The position numbers and the translations under genes are program-made. Of a stretch of 64,000 nucleotides of DNA, positions 39,270 through 52,867 are shown piece by piece. Each line of letters begins with the position of its first letter. Within the stretch, counting starts at the first letter, position 1. The notes under the pieces are model-generated. The model searched no databases and was not told the origin of the DNA. It saw nothing but the letters and a program-made list of their open reading frames with translations. Origin of the DNA: Eledone cirrhosa (Eukaryota); assembly GCA_964016885.1 (NCBI GenBank), contig OZ024757.1, positions 12,586,001 through 12,650,000 of the forward strand. Reading direction: 5' to 3'.

Positions 39270-39548
39270 GTAGATACACACACACACACATATATATATA
39301 TATGAAGATACACACACACACACACATATATATATGTAGATACACACACACATATATATATATATGTAGATACACACACACACACATATATATATATATA
39401 TGTAGATACACACACACACACACATATATATATATAGCTACACACACACATATATACACACACAGATATATTTATATATACATACACACACATCTATATA
39501 TACATACACACACACATACACACAGATATATATATACATACACACATA

Positions 39549-39588
<40 letters not shown>

Positions 39589-39877
39589 CACACACATATA
39601 TATACATACACACACACATATATTTACATACAGACATATCTATCTATATATATATATATATATATAACGGAGGAAATGTGGTAAAGAACCAGGTGGACCA
39701 TAACACACCAGAGTACTCAATACTTAGGGTAGTAGAGTGGGTAATAGGAATGAGTTGGACCCCGACGGCTGAGCTCAATCTGTTTCAACGGCTAACCTCG
39801 ACGGCTGAGCTCAATCCGTTTCGACAGAATTAGCCGTCGAAACGGATTGAGCTCAGCCGTCGGGGGTCCTACTCGTT

Positions 39878-39969
<92 letters not shown>

Positions 39970-40003
39970 TATATATACACACAGAACGTGCAAGGAAATC
40001 CTG

Positions 40004-41660
40004 TTTCATGTGTGAGAAACTATAGTAACTATCGTACCTACATTATAAATTCTGGACATAGACTTCATTTCTAGCCTATATATATACATGTGTAGATCTT
40101 TTTATATACACACACACGTAGAATAGGAAAACAGAAAGAAAATATATTTTATTGATCTCCTTAACAAGTGTGCTATACTTTGACATATCTATTTGTTTGC
40201 CTATTGTTGTATTGTATGGATTGACAGACAGAACATAATTGCTATGGTGACATCCATAGATGAGGGGTGTGTAATAAAAGTGTTCACTGTCCCAAAATAG
40301 AAGATTGCCAGGAAAATCACGCCTGTCATCTATGTACCGAACCCAAGAACTATTTCCCAAATAGATAGATTCAATGTGGTAAATGTCATGTTTCTCTCTG
40401 TCTTCAATGTGCCATAAACTTTCCAAAGATCCCAGGTCAAAAAAGAGACACCATATTTCTATGATGGATGGATTCTAGGAAAAGGTGCAGCTACCAAATT
40501 GGTCTTTTCAGTCCCTGGCCTGTGTGTCTTATACCATTGCTGTTGAACAACAACACAAACCGACTACCATGTCTTCGCCTACCATTCCTGTTGAAGAACA
40601 TCAACAACAACAACAAAATAGACCCTCAATACAGAAGTTGCAGAAGTTTGACAACTGATTTCTGCTTTAAGCCAAGAAATAGCAGGAAAATAGTACAGAC
40701 CCCATGACTTTCGGAAACATCTTTTCATGCTCAGAGTTACTGAAGCATGGAACCAACTACCTGCATCAGTTGTTAGCTGTCAGGACACTGCATCCTTTAA
40801 CACCTCCATCCTTCCTGAAATTCTACAACACTACACCTGATATTCTCAGCTCCATACATGCACGCATGTGTGTGTGTGTATATCATGACTCAATCACTGT
40901 TCACTTTCCTGATATTTCTACATTACTCTATGTACAATACATGCACCTTTGATGCGTTGTAGTGCACCTGAGCATTGTACACAATAATTTTCATTATTAT
41001 TATTGATTTTGGATTGGCAGTATCAGTAGAGCGTCACACACCATGCTTTGTAGCATACAGTTATGGCCCTGAACGTTCTGAGTTCAAATCTCACCTTTTA
41101 TTATAAATCAGCATCATCATCATCATGAAATGCACTGCTGATTTAATCATGGCACCAACACTAGGGATGTTGTCATGTCTTTGAAACCACTACAGAATCC
41201 TCTCTATCCTTTGTTTGGAAAGTTTTGTATGACAGGAAGCCCTTCCTATTACCAACCACATTACAGAGTGTACTGGTTGTATTTTATCATGTCACCAATA
41301 CTAGAGAGGTTGTTATACCCTTCACACATAATCTCTGTAAACTTGTATACAATGTAATATTGGTGTAAATTAATGTTGTTGGTGGGTTGTATCTTTATTT
41401 TCTTTTACAGAGCTGTATGTCACCCATGTCAGATTAATAAAGCCACCAACACATCCAATCCATGTCAACATAAAGTTGCTTGTAGAAAATGTTGTTCCAC
41501 AATTGAACATTGTACACAGTGTGGAATGACTGTATATACAGTGGATGAATTTAGTAAGTAATTATTTGATAATCTGTCTGTTTATTTCCATTCATGACTT
41601 AGTGGTTAGTGTGTTTGTCTCATGATCATAAGGTTCTGTGTTCAATTCCCAAGAGCTTAT
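40004..41660 (+). repeat. Direct duplication of 51313-52975 (Cys-rich cassette, CR1 tail and RING exon)
   Basis: Near-identical from TTTCATGTGTGAGAAACTATAGTAAC through the RING exon and the following SINE head; visible as paired ORFs in the track. Confidence 0.93.
41411..41553 (+). CDS. Intact upstream RING exon, right arm; phase-compatible with the acceptor at 45494
   Basis: TTTTACAG|A GCT GTA TGT..GAA TTT A|GTAAGT; same protein as 18324-18466. No upstream coding exon was found. Confidence 0.6.
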
Positions 41661-43553
41661 TGTATCTTTTGCACCTTAATTTTATGAATAAGCTGTTCTG
41701 TTATTCAAACCTGTCTAAATGGTTTATAGTCATAAATCTTATATTTGAACTTTCATCCTATCTTCACCTATATTTATATTTTCTTGTACAAAAACGAATT
41801 TCCATCGTTTACTGTCCATTTTTCATGCTAGCATGGGTTAGACGGGTTGTCCCATTTGATGCAAGTCGCGTCAGGTGACCGTGTTTTACTCACATAGAAC
41901 TGTTTCTGGCTAGGTTTCTACAGCTGGATGTCTCTCCTAATGCCAACCACATTTACAATGTGTGCTGGGTGCTTTTTGTTGTGGCTCTTACGCAACCATT
42001 TACAGTGTGGGCTGGATATGTTTTATTCACAGTGTAAGGGTAGTGTGGAGAGGAGTGGGTACAGTAAGAGGTGCCTACTAGATGTATGAGTCTGTGAACA
42101 TGGCAAAGTGTGTATTGTATATTACTGCTTAACACCAGTGATCTCGATCCTGTGTCATTGTCTTTGAGAGGTGCAAGTGTGCAAGGTCAGCTTTTATCAC
42201 TTATCCCAGGTCTTCCTGGGTCTTCCTATTCCATAGCTTCCATCAATTTTGACGTCCTGTACCTTTTTATACCTTTTTATACAACTGCTGTCCTTCATAT
42301 GCATCACATGACCAAACCAACACATTCTCCACTCTAGCATACTGCATCTGATCCCTCTTATACCCATGTTCTCTCTCAGTTAATTTACATTTATTGCTGT
42401 TCGTATACTTGCATTATATATATATATATCAAAATTATGTGTACCAACTAACCAAGGAGGAGAGATAGGAGATTAGTTGTGAGAATTATAATTATTTATT
42501 TATAATACATTTCCTATAATATCCCTCTATCCTATTTCTTATTAGTATCAACCCTCCCTATCTAGGCCTTTTCCCCCTTTTGTGATTAATTTTATACTCT
42601 TTGACCATATCTTTATAAACCCCTTCTTTTAAAATATTTTAATTTCTATCTATATTTTATTTTTATCTTTATAATTAGTATTCCTATTGCTGAATCTCCT
42701 TTTACCTTAGCATAACTTATTAACACCTATTTTCATTTCATCTCTTTAGTCTTTCCTTTTCTTCTTCACTCTATTTCTTCACACCTATGTATGACCCTCA
42801 ACCTAGACTTCCCCTTAACTCTACACTTAAATTAATCACTTGAGGAACATTTACCTAATAATTTCACCTCTTACACTCTCGTATACATAGCCTGGACATT
42901 AAACATGATAATCTTACTTTTCTTTTCTTCTATCATTTTCTTACCCTTTATTTTATAATATACTTTTATTTATCTTTCCTCCATTGTCTTAATATACATC
43001 ACTCCCCCTAATTATTTCAATTTTAATGATTCCTCCTATATTAACCCTCTCCATTAATTTTGCATGCTATTTCTTTTCACTCCTATATTCATTTTTTATT
43101 CTACCATTAAGTATAGTACAAACACCTCCCTTCTTTTTTCTTTAAATATCTCCTTAGTATTTCAACATTAAATTCTATTAAATACTAGTTATGTTATGTT
43201 ATCAAATTATCTCCATTCCCACATATTTATGCCCCTTGATATTTACACCTCCTTGTTTCCTGTTTTATATATCCTCCATATATATATAAACAAGAAGTGT
43301 AAGTCAATAGGTTAAAATTAACTTTGTTTATACATAGTCACTGTTATATATATTTCGGATGATAACCATTATTCCACAGCTATGATCTCATCAGAACTTG
43401 AACAGAAAAACAAGAAAAGCATAATGATGGAACAAAGTTTACCCCCATTATTTTGATCTTTTGATATGCCCAGTCCCGAAGTATGATAATGTTTTCTATG
43501 ACAAAAATTGCATTATATTTTGACTCACTTTTGTATGTGTGTGTGTGTATATA

Positions 43554-43592
<39 letters not shown>

Positions 43593-43747
43593 GTTGATTG
43601 CAACTGGTAAGTACAGATGTCCTGTATAAGGCAAATGTGAGTTTGAGTCACATAGGCAATGGTGTCCCCTTCTTTTAGAATATTTGTCATAGGCAAAAAT
43701 CGTACATTGAAGGTTTTAATTTTAAGTTACATTTAATAAAATACACT

Positions 43748-43797
<50 letters not shown>

Positions 43798-44303
43798 TAA
43801 TTTAATATATCTACTAACATAAGCGCACAGATGTACGCTAATGCCACAAATACACAGGTTATGTCATAGTACTTAGGTGGTTCAATGCAGGAGGATGCAG
43901 AACAATAATATAAAAGACGTAAAATAAGAAAATTTAAAAAAAAATTTTTTTTTAAAAATAAAACTTACTTACTTAAATTTTCACTCCAACTAATTAGTTT
44001 CTGCAATGGGATAAAGACAGTTACGTAATGAACTGTTGAGAATTTCATTGCGTCATCAGGGAGATCTATTCTCAGCCAAGTCTCCAGGCAATGCGCGGAC
44101 ACTGGGGACTCATATAAAAATAATAATAATTCGGTAAATGGAACAGCTATCGAGGACTGGATTCCAGGCACTGAAAATTCTCACTGCCACTGGTGCCACT
44201 GGTCAAATGGCCGATTCTAAAGAATCAATCACTTGACACAGAGGCTAGTCAGTAGGAATGGGATGGTAAGATGACAGACGCCTACTATTTTTCTTATTTT
44301 ACG

Positions 44304-44349
<46 letters not shown>

Positions 44350-45498
44350 ACATCCAGCTGTAGAAATCAAGCCAAAATCAGTTCCCTTATGAGCAAGACA
44401 AGGTCACCTGACCTAACATTGCCCATAACAGGACAATCTGTCTAACCCATGCTAGTGTGGAAGAATGGACATAAAACGGTGATGATGATGATTTCTATAG
44501 AACTACTGGATTCTATCTCATTTCAACTGGCCAGATGGTTCTATAGAAATAGTAGACACTTTCCATTAACTGGGTGACAAAATCAGCAGTGGTGGAGGGT
44601 GCTCTGAAATTGAAGTAGCCAGAGTTAAAACGGGATGGAAAAAGTTCAGAGAGCTAATACCGCCGTTTGGCGGCAACAGGTTTTTTTCTAAAAGTGATAG
44701 GCAGATTGTATGATGCTTGTATACGAACAGCAATGTTACATGGTAGTGAGACTTGGGTGTCGTGTGCTGAAGACGTATGTAGATTAGAAAGAAATGAAGC
44801 TTGCATGCTCAGATGGATGTGTAATAGTAATGTGAGCAAATGGCAAAGCATAAACGAATTGAGAGAGAGACTAAGCATAAGAGGTGTCAAATGTTGTGTT
44901 CTGGAGAGGAGATTGTGTTGGTATGGTCATGTGATGCGTATGAAGGACAACACCTGTATAAAAAAGTGCAGGGCAATGAACATTGATGGAAGCTACGGAG
45001 TGGGTAGACCAAGGAAAACCTGGGCCAAGCTGATAAAAACTGACCTTGTTCACTTAAACCTCTCTAAGACAATATCACTGAATCGAGATCTTTGGCACTA
45101 TGCAGTTGGACAAAAGACCTGCTTTCTCTGGCATACAAACTTAAACCTACAGTCAGTAGGTACCTCTTAACCCAATATACACCCCACTCCACACACCCTA
45201 CTCCGTCCTCCCATAGAAATGGGAGGACCACTGTAAAGTGGTCATGTTGGTGACACGACAAAGAGCTCCCAGTCCACATTGTAAAGTGATCATGTAGGAG
45301 ACACGGTAAAAAGGCTCCCAGTCCACACTGTAAATGTGGTTGGTGTTAGGAAGGGCATCCAGCCATAGAAAACCTGCCAGGGACAGTTCTGTATGAGCAG
45401 GACATGGTCTCCTTAAGTGAAACAAAACCGTCCAACCCATGCTAGCATGGAAGGTGGACGTTAAATTATGATGATATATATATATCTTAACAGCTAAA

Positions 45499-45584
45499 AT
45501 GGAGAATTTATCTGGAGCAGCAGCTGATTTACAGGTAAAGGAAGACAGAACTGGTAACACACCAATATATGAAGCTGTTTCACA
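45499..45584 (+). CDS. Ankyrin-RING-death domain gene, coding exon 1 (acceptor at 45494, ATG at 45499)
   Basis: MENLSGAAADLQVKEDRTGNTPIYEAVS-CA|GTAAGT; start context AAAATGG; the phase-2 donor matches the next exon. Confidence 0.82.
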
Positions 45585-46423
45585 GTAAGTTTACAACAAT
45601 TATTTCTATTCTGTTTGATTCATTTCATACTTTCATGGGGGAGTTGGTAGCCATTGACAATGAGGCTCTTGTTCTTGTTGGTGGCTTCACTTACCAATGT
45701 ATCAGGTGATGTTCCTGGTGGTGAGGCTGGTTGGCTATTCCAGCATCTCAGCCTCACCTTCACCAGGCCTTACGGTCATACCAGTTGATACTCGCTAGTG
45801 AGAGAGCTTGGCTATTCCAGTATCTCAGTCTCACCATCTTTACTGATGTATCTCATGGTGCTCTTATGTGAAGGTGGTTGGCTATTCCAGTATCCCAGCC
45901 TTGCTATCACCATGCTTTATTGATATATCAGTTGATACTCCTAGATGAGGGTACTTAGCTATTGCAGTATTTTAGTCTCACCATCACCATGCTTTACTGA
46001 TGTATCACTTGATGCTCCTCGGTGAAGGTGCTTGGCTATTTCAGCATCTCAGCCTCACCATCACTAAGCCTTACTGATGTATCAGTTGATGTTCCTAGGT
46101 GAGGATGCTAGGCTATTCCAGTATCCTGGTCTGGATGCCCTTCCTATCACCAACCACTTTACAGACATAAATGTGTACCTTTATTGTAGTTCTCAAGCAT
46201 AAGCAGATTAACAAGGCTGACCCTTTGTATTACTGGTACAACTCAGTTTTGCTAGCTGAGTAGACTGGATCATCATGTAATAAAGTGTCTTGCTCAAGGA
46301 CACAAGCCATCCCCAGGAATCAAACTCACAACCTTATGATCTTCAGTAGAACACACTAACCACTAAGCCATGTGCCTTCATTTCCTATATATGTGTATTT
46401 GGATTTATTTCTACTACTTTCAG

Positions 46424-46571
46424 AAAAAACTATGAAGCGGTGAAATCCTTGCTGTCCTCTGGAGTGGATGTAAATAGTCAGAATAAAGAAGGGGATACTC
46501 CACTCTACACAGCCATTGAGAACAACTGTACAGCTATTGCACAGTTGTTAATCAACTCACCTGCTATTAAG
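46424..46571 (+). CDS. Ankyrin-RING-death domain gene, exon 2 (ankyrin repeats 1-2)
   Basis: TTTCAG|A KNYEAVKSLLSSGVDVNSQNKEGDTPLYTAIENNCTAIAQLLINSPAIK|GTGGGT. Confidence 0.9.
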
Positions 46572-46625
46572 GTGGGTTAACATATATACTCTGTAGATTT
46601 GTCTGATTCTATTGATTATTGTTCA

Positions 46626-47185
46626 ATGTTTCCTTGAGCAAGACACTTTATTTCACATTGCTCCAGTTTACTCAGCTGTAGAAATGAGATGAAAGGACTG
46701 GGATCCCTATCATTCCACTGTAAAGTGGTCGTGGAGTTGGTACGGCAAAAAGCACCCAGCCCACACTGTAAAGTGGTCGTAGAGGTGCCATGGCAAAAAA
46801 GCACCCAGCCCACACTGTAAAGTCGTCGTGGAGGTGCCACGGCAAAAAAGCACCCAGCACTCACTGTAAAGTGGTCGTGGAGGTGCCACGGCAAAAAAGC
46901 ACCCAGCCCACACTGTAAAGTGGTTGTGGAGGTGCCACGGCAAAAAAACACCTAGCACTCACTGTAAAGTGGTTGTGCAGGTGCCACGGCAAAAAAGCAC
47001 CCAGCCCACACTGTAAAGTGGTCGTGGAGGTGTCATGGCAAAAAAGCACCCAGCACTCACTGTAAATGAGGTTGGTGTTAGGAAGGGCATCCAGCTGTAG
47101 AAATCAAGCCAGAATCAGTTCCTGTCCCACCCTTGCAAGCAGGGAAAAGTGGACGTAAAATGATGATGATGATGATGATGATGAC
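46626..47185 (+). mobile_element. SINE with internal 48-bp array, specific to the right arm
   Basis: CCTTGAGCAAGACACTTT body, about 7 AAAAAGCACCCAGCCCACACTGTAAAGTGG units, (GAT)n tail; absent at the matching left site near 14008. Confidence 0.8.
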
Positions 47186-47354
47186 CATCACTATTGATAA
47201 ATACTAAAAATATTTCCAAATCATTGTATATTTATCAATCTATGTATCAATTTATCTATAATATCCACCTATCTATCCATGGCAATCTATATATCTATCT
47301 GTCTGTCTAGCTACCTATGTCTCACTATCACTCTGTTTATCTGTATATCTATCT

Positions 47355-48999
47355 ACCAGGTTACTGCTGATTAGTCAACAATAAATATTCAGATTTTTTT
47401 TCTCTTAATTATTTCAAAACATCTATATTTTATTTAAAATATCAAAATATTAAGGGTAAAAGAATTTAGAAATGAAAATCTGTCAATCTTGAAGCACCTC
47501 AGAGTAAACAATATTCATTGTGTAATTTTTTGTTGGTGTCCAAATTGTTGTTGTTTTCAACTCTCGAGCAACCAACATAGAGTTGGCCATGAGAGAAAGA
47601 TGTAGTAGAGAGATCAAGTCCAACTACCTGAGGGATTGACCCTGAGATTTGTTAATTGAAATAACAAAAGTTAGTTTGACTGGACACTGAAGCCTTTTAA
47701 ATTCAAATGAAACAGCTGTAGGTATGAGAGGAATTCTGAGAATAAAAACATTTTCTCCTTTGTGACTACCTGCTATGATTGTTGCCTCTAGGACATGGGG
47801 CTTCATGGAAAGTAACAATTAAGTGAGTTTCATTACACAGGCTAGGTAGGTAAAGATTCCTAAGCAACATAATGGGAGCACCCAGCTTTAGTGTCAAGTT
47901 ATGCTGTGGCATCCCAGTGGGTTTAAGTGTGTTCAGAAATTCAACAGGGTATTGAACAGCCTGACCTTGATTGACTGATGTGTGAGTTGATCGCAAAATC
48001 ATTTCTGATGTATGTTTTAACTTTTGAAGAAGTTCATGATTGAGTTTATCAATCATTTCATTAGTTGGAGCCAGTATAACCTTTTCACATAGCCAGTTTA
48101 TATCAGTGTAATTGACAGATAAATTAGGAAATACTTTATCCATAAGATCATTAAGAGAAAGTACCATTCGATCACATGTAATTTCATGTAGCTGAATGTT
48201 AATATCTCATTACCAATCTTAAGAAGCTCCTCTCAGAATTCACCAGCTGTATGATCATCTTGTAGATGTACTCTCGTGTTGCTTGTAAGATGAAGTTTTT
48301 TCACATGTTTCCAAAGGTATAATTTTTTAAAGCATGCATTGACCTCATCAGCTTTTGTTCCTTTGGATAAACCTGGCACCATTTGACAGGAATTTCCTGC
48401 AAAAAGAACTGTTACTCCTCCCATGAGCATGCTATTGTTTTTTATGTCTTGGAGGGTATGGTCAAGTACATCTAGAACTCCACGATGTGACATAGTGCAC
48501 TCATCCCAAACAATGAAGCAAGTTCTTTGGAGAGCTGTTGCCAATGCTGACCCTTTCGAAATGTTGAATGTTTGAGATTCTGTCATTACAACGTTTAGAG
48601 GGAGTTTTAACATGAAATGAGTGTAGATCCATCTAAGAGCATCATCTTTCTTAATTCCAGGCCATCTTTCAACATCTCTCCCCCTTTCCAAATGATGTCA
48701 TTTGAAATGCAGAATCTAATATTGTTTAGAAAATCCTTTGAATGGATGGGAGTACCTTCCAGAATATCCATAAGATGTTGAGGAGTAGCTGGTAGTGCTG
48801 GTAATCTTACTTTACCACCTGAGCACACCAATTTGGACAGAATTATTATTTTTAGTCAAATGGGATGGATGATATTTTAAAGCAGCTCCATGAGTTGTGA
48901 ACAATGAATTTGTTGATTGTCTGTTTCTGAGAGCAATTCTATTGGATCTATACAAAATATAATTTAGAGATATAGTAATATTGGTATTTTTTGTTTTGG

Positions 49000-49078
<79 letters not shown>

Positions 49079-49412
49079 ATGTTCTTTCAAAACGAATTAC
49101 CACCAAGTTTGTCCAATTGATTGTCTCCCTTCTCAACTGTATGCTATTACTTTTCTGTAGCATCTATCTTATGATGTCACACACCTTACTCCTACTGTCA
49201 CTGTTGTCTCTACTCTTACTGCTACCACGGCTCTCTCCAGCTTCACCAATGTCATTAAAGACTGTCTTTAAATAACCCCACAAATCTGCTATTTTAGGGG
49301 GCAGCATGCTTTAAACTATATGTTGACATGCTCTGGGAGCTAAATAGCCTATGTATCAAATTTGAACAAAATCTGATGGAAATGCATAGACTGCATACAG
49401 ACAGCTATTTTC

Positions 49413-49420
<8 letters not shown>
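47355..49420 (-). mobile_element. Internally deleted, degenerate Helitron in an intron
   Basis: CSGGKVRLP..FLNNIR (Rep N-terminus); Pif1 helicase motifs IVWDECTM, GGVTVLFAG, ILAPTN, YPVEFLN..LKLGAPIMLLRNL, INKSQGQSL, SHGQLYV. Confidence 0.9.
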
Positions 49421-49481
<61 letters not shown>

Positions 49482-49482
<1 letters not shown>

Positions 49483-49900
49483 TAGCTGGCCCCGTGCCGT
49501 CAAAAATGATGGCTAATTGTAGTATTTTACATATAAAAAGTGTACAAGACCAAGTTTTTAGTTTAATAATTCTTCTATTACAACATTTTTTGTGAAAAAT
49601 CTTTCTGCAACTAACATGCCCTGGCTGCTTGTTTCCTTCAAAAGAATTTTAAAGTTTTCCTTCCTTCTTGTACAACTTAAAGCCACATAAAGCTGGGTCT
49701 GACTAAATATGGGAGCTGGCAAGTAAATACCAACATTTTGAATCTCTGTCCTTGTGATATGTTTATGGTGATGGCAAAAACTGGTATCACAGGGAACTGC
49801 TGTCTGCTCATATTGAAGGGTATGTCTGTTTGACTCAGATGCAGGTCAACTCATGGTATGACAGCTTCATTTCCACATTTGAATGAATTATTACATACAC
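49482..49900 (-). mobile_element. Helitron 3' fragment with terminal hairpin and CTAG
   Basis: RQQFPVIPVFAITINISQGQ and QLYVALS motifs; hairpin GCCATCATTTTTGACGGC, then CTAG|T at 49485-49481. Confidence 0.8.
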
Positions 49901-50221
49901 ACACCTCTACACATATATAAACAGACTCATTAGAGCAAATAATTATTACATACACAGACATATATGTATGTGTGTATACATTTATATGTATGAGTAAGAC
50001 AGGTGTAGCAAACACTGTCCACTGTTTTCTATACTTTATCACAGTCCCTATCGTGTATGTATGTAATGTTTTCTAAGTGTGTCTGTTTATAATATGTGTA
50101 TGTGTGTGTCTGTTTATAATTCTCTCCCCATACCTCCACTCCCCCTCTCTCTCTCTCTTACTACACACTCTCCCCTTCACTCTCACACCCACGATATATA
50201 AATATATTTTTACATTTTCAG

Positions 50222-50775
50222 ATCAATCAACAAAATAAACTTAATCGAGCACCTTTACATATTGCTGCATATCTCGGGAATTTAGACATATTGACAATGT
50301 TGGTAGATTGTGGAGCTGATATAAATGTTGTGGATTGTAAAGGTGACACCCCACTACACTGGGCCTGTAGTGGTGGGGGAGAGATAGGGGCTGTGAAAAT
50401 GCTATTGTCACTGTCAACAGTGGATGTGAATGTTGTGAATGATAATGATAACACCCCACTACATCTGGCCTGTAGTGAGAGAGAGATAGATGCTGTGAAA
50501 ATGTTGTTGTCACCATCGACAATAGATGTGAATGTTGTGAATGTTGATGGTGACACCCCACTACATCAGGCCTGTAGAAGTGGGAAGGAAGCAATAGAGT
50601 GTGTGAAAATATTGTTAGAAATGTCGACAATAGATGTGAATGTGAAGAATAAGTGTGGTGAGTCAGCTCTACAACTGGCCAACGATAGACATCACTCTAA
50701 AATAATGGAGTTGTTGTCACATGTCAGCTCTGTTCCTAACGAAGGTGACAGAGCTGTAGGAGAAACAGTTGAACA
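50222..50775 (+). CDS. Ankyrin-RING-death domain gene, exon 3 (ankyrin repeats 3-7)
   Basis: TTTTCAG|INQQNKLNRAPLHIAAYLG..GDTPLHWAC..DNTPLHLAC..GDTPLHQAC..GESALQLA..ETVE-CA|GTAAGT; 554 nt open. Confidence 0.93.
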
Positions 50776-51539
50776 GTAAGTTAACAATGATCTGGAATAT
50801 CAACATTTGTTTCTTTTACTCAATAATGTTTGTTTTTTATTCAGTCATTAATGTCAAAATCCCACCATGGGTCATCGTTATGTTGTCTTTTTAATAATGT
50901 AATTTAATAAATATACTTATAATCATCATTATTATTATTGTTAATTGTGGTGGAGCTGTTTTCACAATAAAATACACCCAGTACACTCTGTAAAATGCTG
51001 ACAACTTCAAATCAATAACACAAGATCAATGTAAAGATGTATGATCTCGGCTCTCCTATCTAAACATAATTCTATCACTGCAAACTACCCTTTTACCACA
51101 TTTCACATGGATTACAATATTTATTATGGCAAACATATTCACTATTGCCTGGCTAGTAGAACTATTTTTAATATAACATCATTTAACAAAGTAAATTGAA
51201 GATGACAAACAAGGTGTAGACATCATGAATGAAAATAAATCCCTGTCTCGTATGAATCACTATAGGGATCACTGCAAGTACATACCAAATTCTCAACAAC
51301 AACATATCCTACTATTTCATGTGTGAGAAACTATAGTAACTATCGTACCTACATTATAAACTCTGGACATAGACTTCATTTCTAGCCTCTATACATCTCT
51401 TAATTATATATACATGTGTAGATCTTTTTATATACACACACATAGAATAGGAAAACAGAAAGAAAATATATTTTATTGATCTCCTTAACAAGTGTGCTAT
51501 ACTTAGACATATCTATTTGTTTACCTATTGTTGTATTGT

Positions 51540-52004
51540 ATGGATGGACAGACAGAACATAATTGCTATGGTGACATCCATAGATGAGGTGTGTGTAATA
51601 AAACTGTTCACTGTCCCAAAATAGAAGATTGCCATGAAAATCACGTCTGTCATCTATGTACCGAACCCAAGAACTATTTCCAAAATAGATATATTCAATG
51701 TGGTAAATGTCATGTTTCTCTCTGTCTTCAATGTGCCATAAACTTTCCAAAGATCCCAGGTCAAAAAAAGAGACACCATATTTCGATGATGGATGGATTC
51801 TAGGAAAAGGTGCAGCTACCAAATTGGTCCTTTCAGTCCCTGGCCTGTGTGTCTTCCTATACCATTGCTGTTGAACAACAACACAAACCAACTACCATGT
51901 CTTCCCCTACCATTCCTGTTGAAGAACATCAACAACAACAACAAAAATCGACCCTCAATACAGAAGTTGCGGAAGTTCGACAACTGATTTCTGCCAAGAA
52001 ATAG
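51540..52004 (+). pseudogene. Intronic Cys-rich zinc-finger-like cassette (ZZ- or piggyBac-CRD-like) with in-frame stops; second copy about 40215-40660
   Basis: HENHVCHLC-x13-CGKCHVSLCLQC..RHH in a frame interrupted by TGA (51585) and TAG (51801); the other copy has a further stop and frameshifts. Confidence 0.45.
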
Positions 52005-52724
52005 CAGGAAAACAGTACAGACCCCATGACTTTCAGAAACATCTTTTCATACTCAGAGTTACTGAAGCATGGAACCAACTACCTGCATCAGTTGTTAGCT
52101 GTCAGGACACTGCATCCTTTAACACCTCCATCCTTCCTGACATTCTCCAACACTACACCTGATATCCTCACCTCCATACATGCACGCATGTGTGTGTGTA
52201 TATCATGACTCAATCACTGTTCACTTTCCTGATATTTCTACATTACTCTATGTACAATACATGCACCTTTGATGAGCTGTAGTGCACCTGAGCATTGTAC
52301 ACAATAATTTTCATTATTATTATGGATTGGCTGTATCAGTAGAGCGTCACACACCATGCTTTGCAGCATAGAGTTATGGCCCTGAGCGTTCTGAGTTCAA
52401 ATCCCACCTTTTATTATAAATCAGCATCATCATCATCATGAAATGCACTGTTGATTTAATCATGGCACCAACACTAGGGATGTTTTCATGTTTTTGAAAC
52501 CACTACAGAATCCTCTCTATCCTTTGTTTGGAAAGTTTTGTATGACAGGAAGCCCTTCCTATTACCAACCACATTACAGAGTGTACTGGTTGTATCTTAT
52601 CATGTCACCAATAATAGAGAGGTTGTTATACCCTTCACACATAATCTCTGTAAACTTGTATACAATGTAATATTGGGTGTAAATTAATGTTGTTGGTGGG
52701 TTGTATCTTTATTTCCTTTTACAG

Positions 52725-52867
52725 AGCTGTATGTCACCCATGTCAGATTAATAAAGCCACCAATATATCCAATCCATGTCAACATAAAGTTGCATGTGGA
52801 AAATGTAGTTCCACAATTGAACTTTGTACACAGTGTGGAATGACTGTATGTACGGTGGATAAATTTA
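52725..52867 (+). CDS. Ankyrin-RING-death domain gene, exon 4 (C3HC4 RING)
   Basis: TTTTACAG|A AVCHPCQINKATNISNPCQHKVACGKCSSTIELCTQCGMTVCTVDKF A|GTAAGT; C-x2-C-x11-C-x-H-x3-C-x2-C-x6-C-x2-C. Confidence 0.9.

Noticed and set aside
39170-39667. ORFs rich in Y/I/C/V/H/T (also 19363-19676, 25228-25723, 30679-31126, 33650-33889, 57829-58201)
   Set aside because: Translations of (TA)n and (CA)n microsatellites.
40076-40426. Minus-strand ORFs of 116 aa and 163 aa (51400-51891)
   Set aside because: No recognisable motif; antisense shadows of the Cys-rich cassette that run into low-complexity sequence.
41373-41410. Hydrophobic leader MLLVGCIFIFFY in frame with the RING exon, resembling a signal anchor
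   Set aside because: It is the translated polypyrimidine tract ahead of a strong AG acceptor; most likely coincidental.
43380-43456. Possible small exon MISSELEQKNKKSIMMEQ between the RING and ankyrin exons
   Set aside because: No good donor, ends in a stop, and lies beside a mariner-like terminus (TACAAGGGTGAGTCAAA at about 16556 in the left arm).
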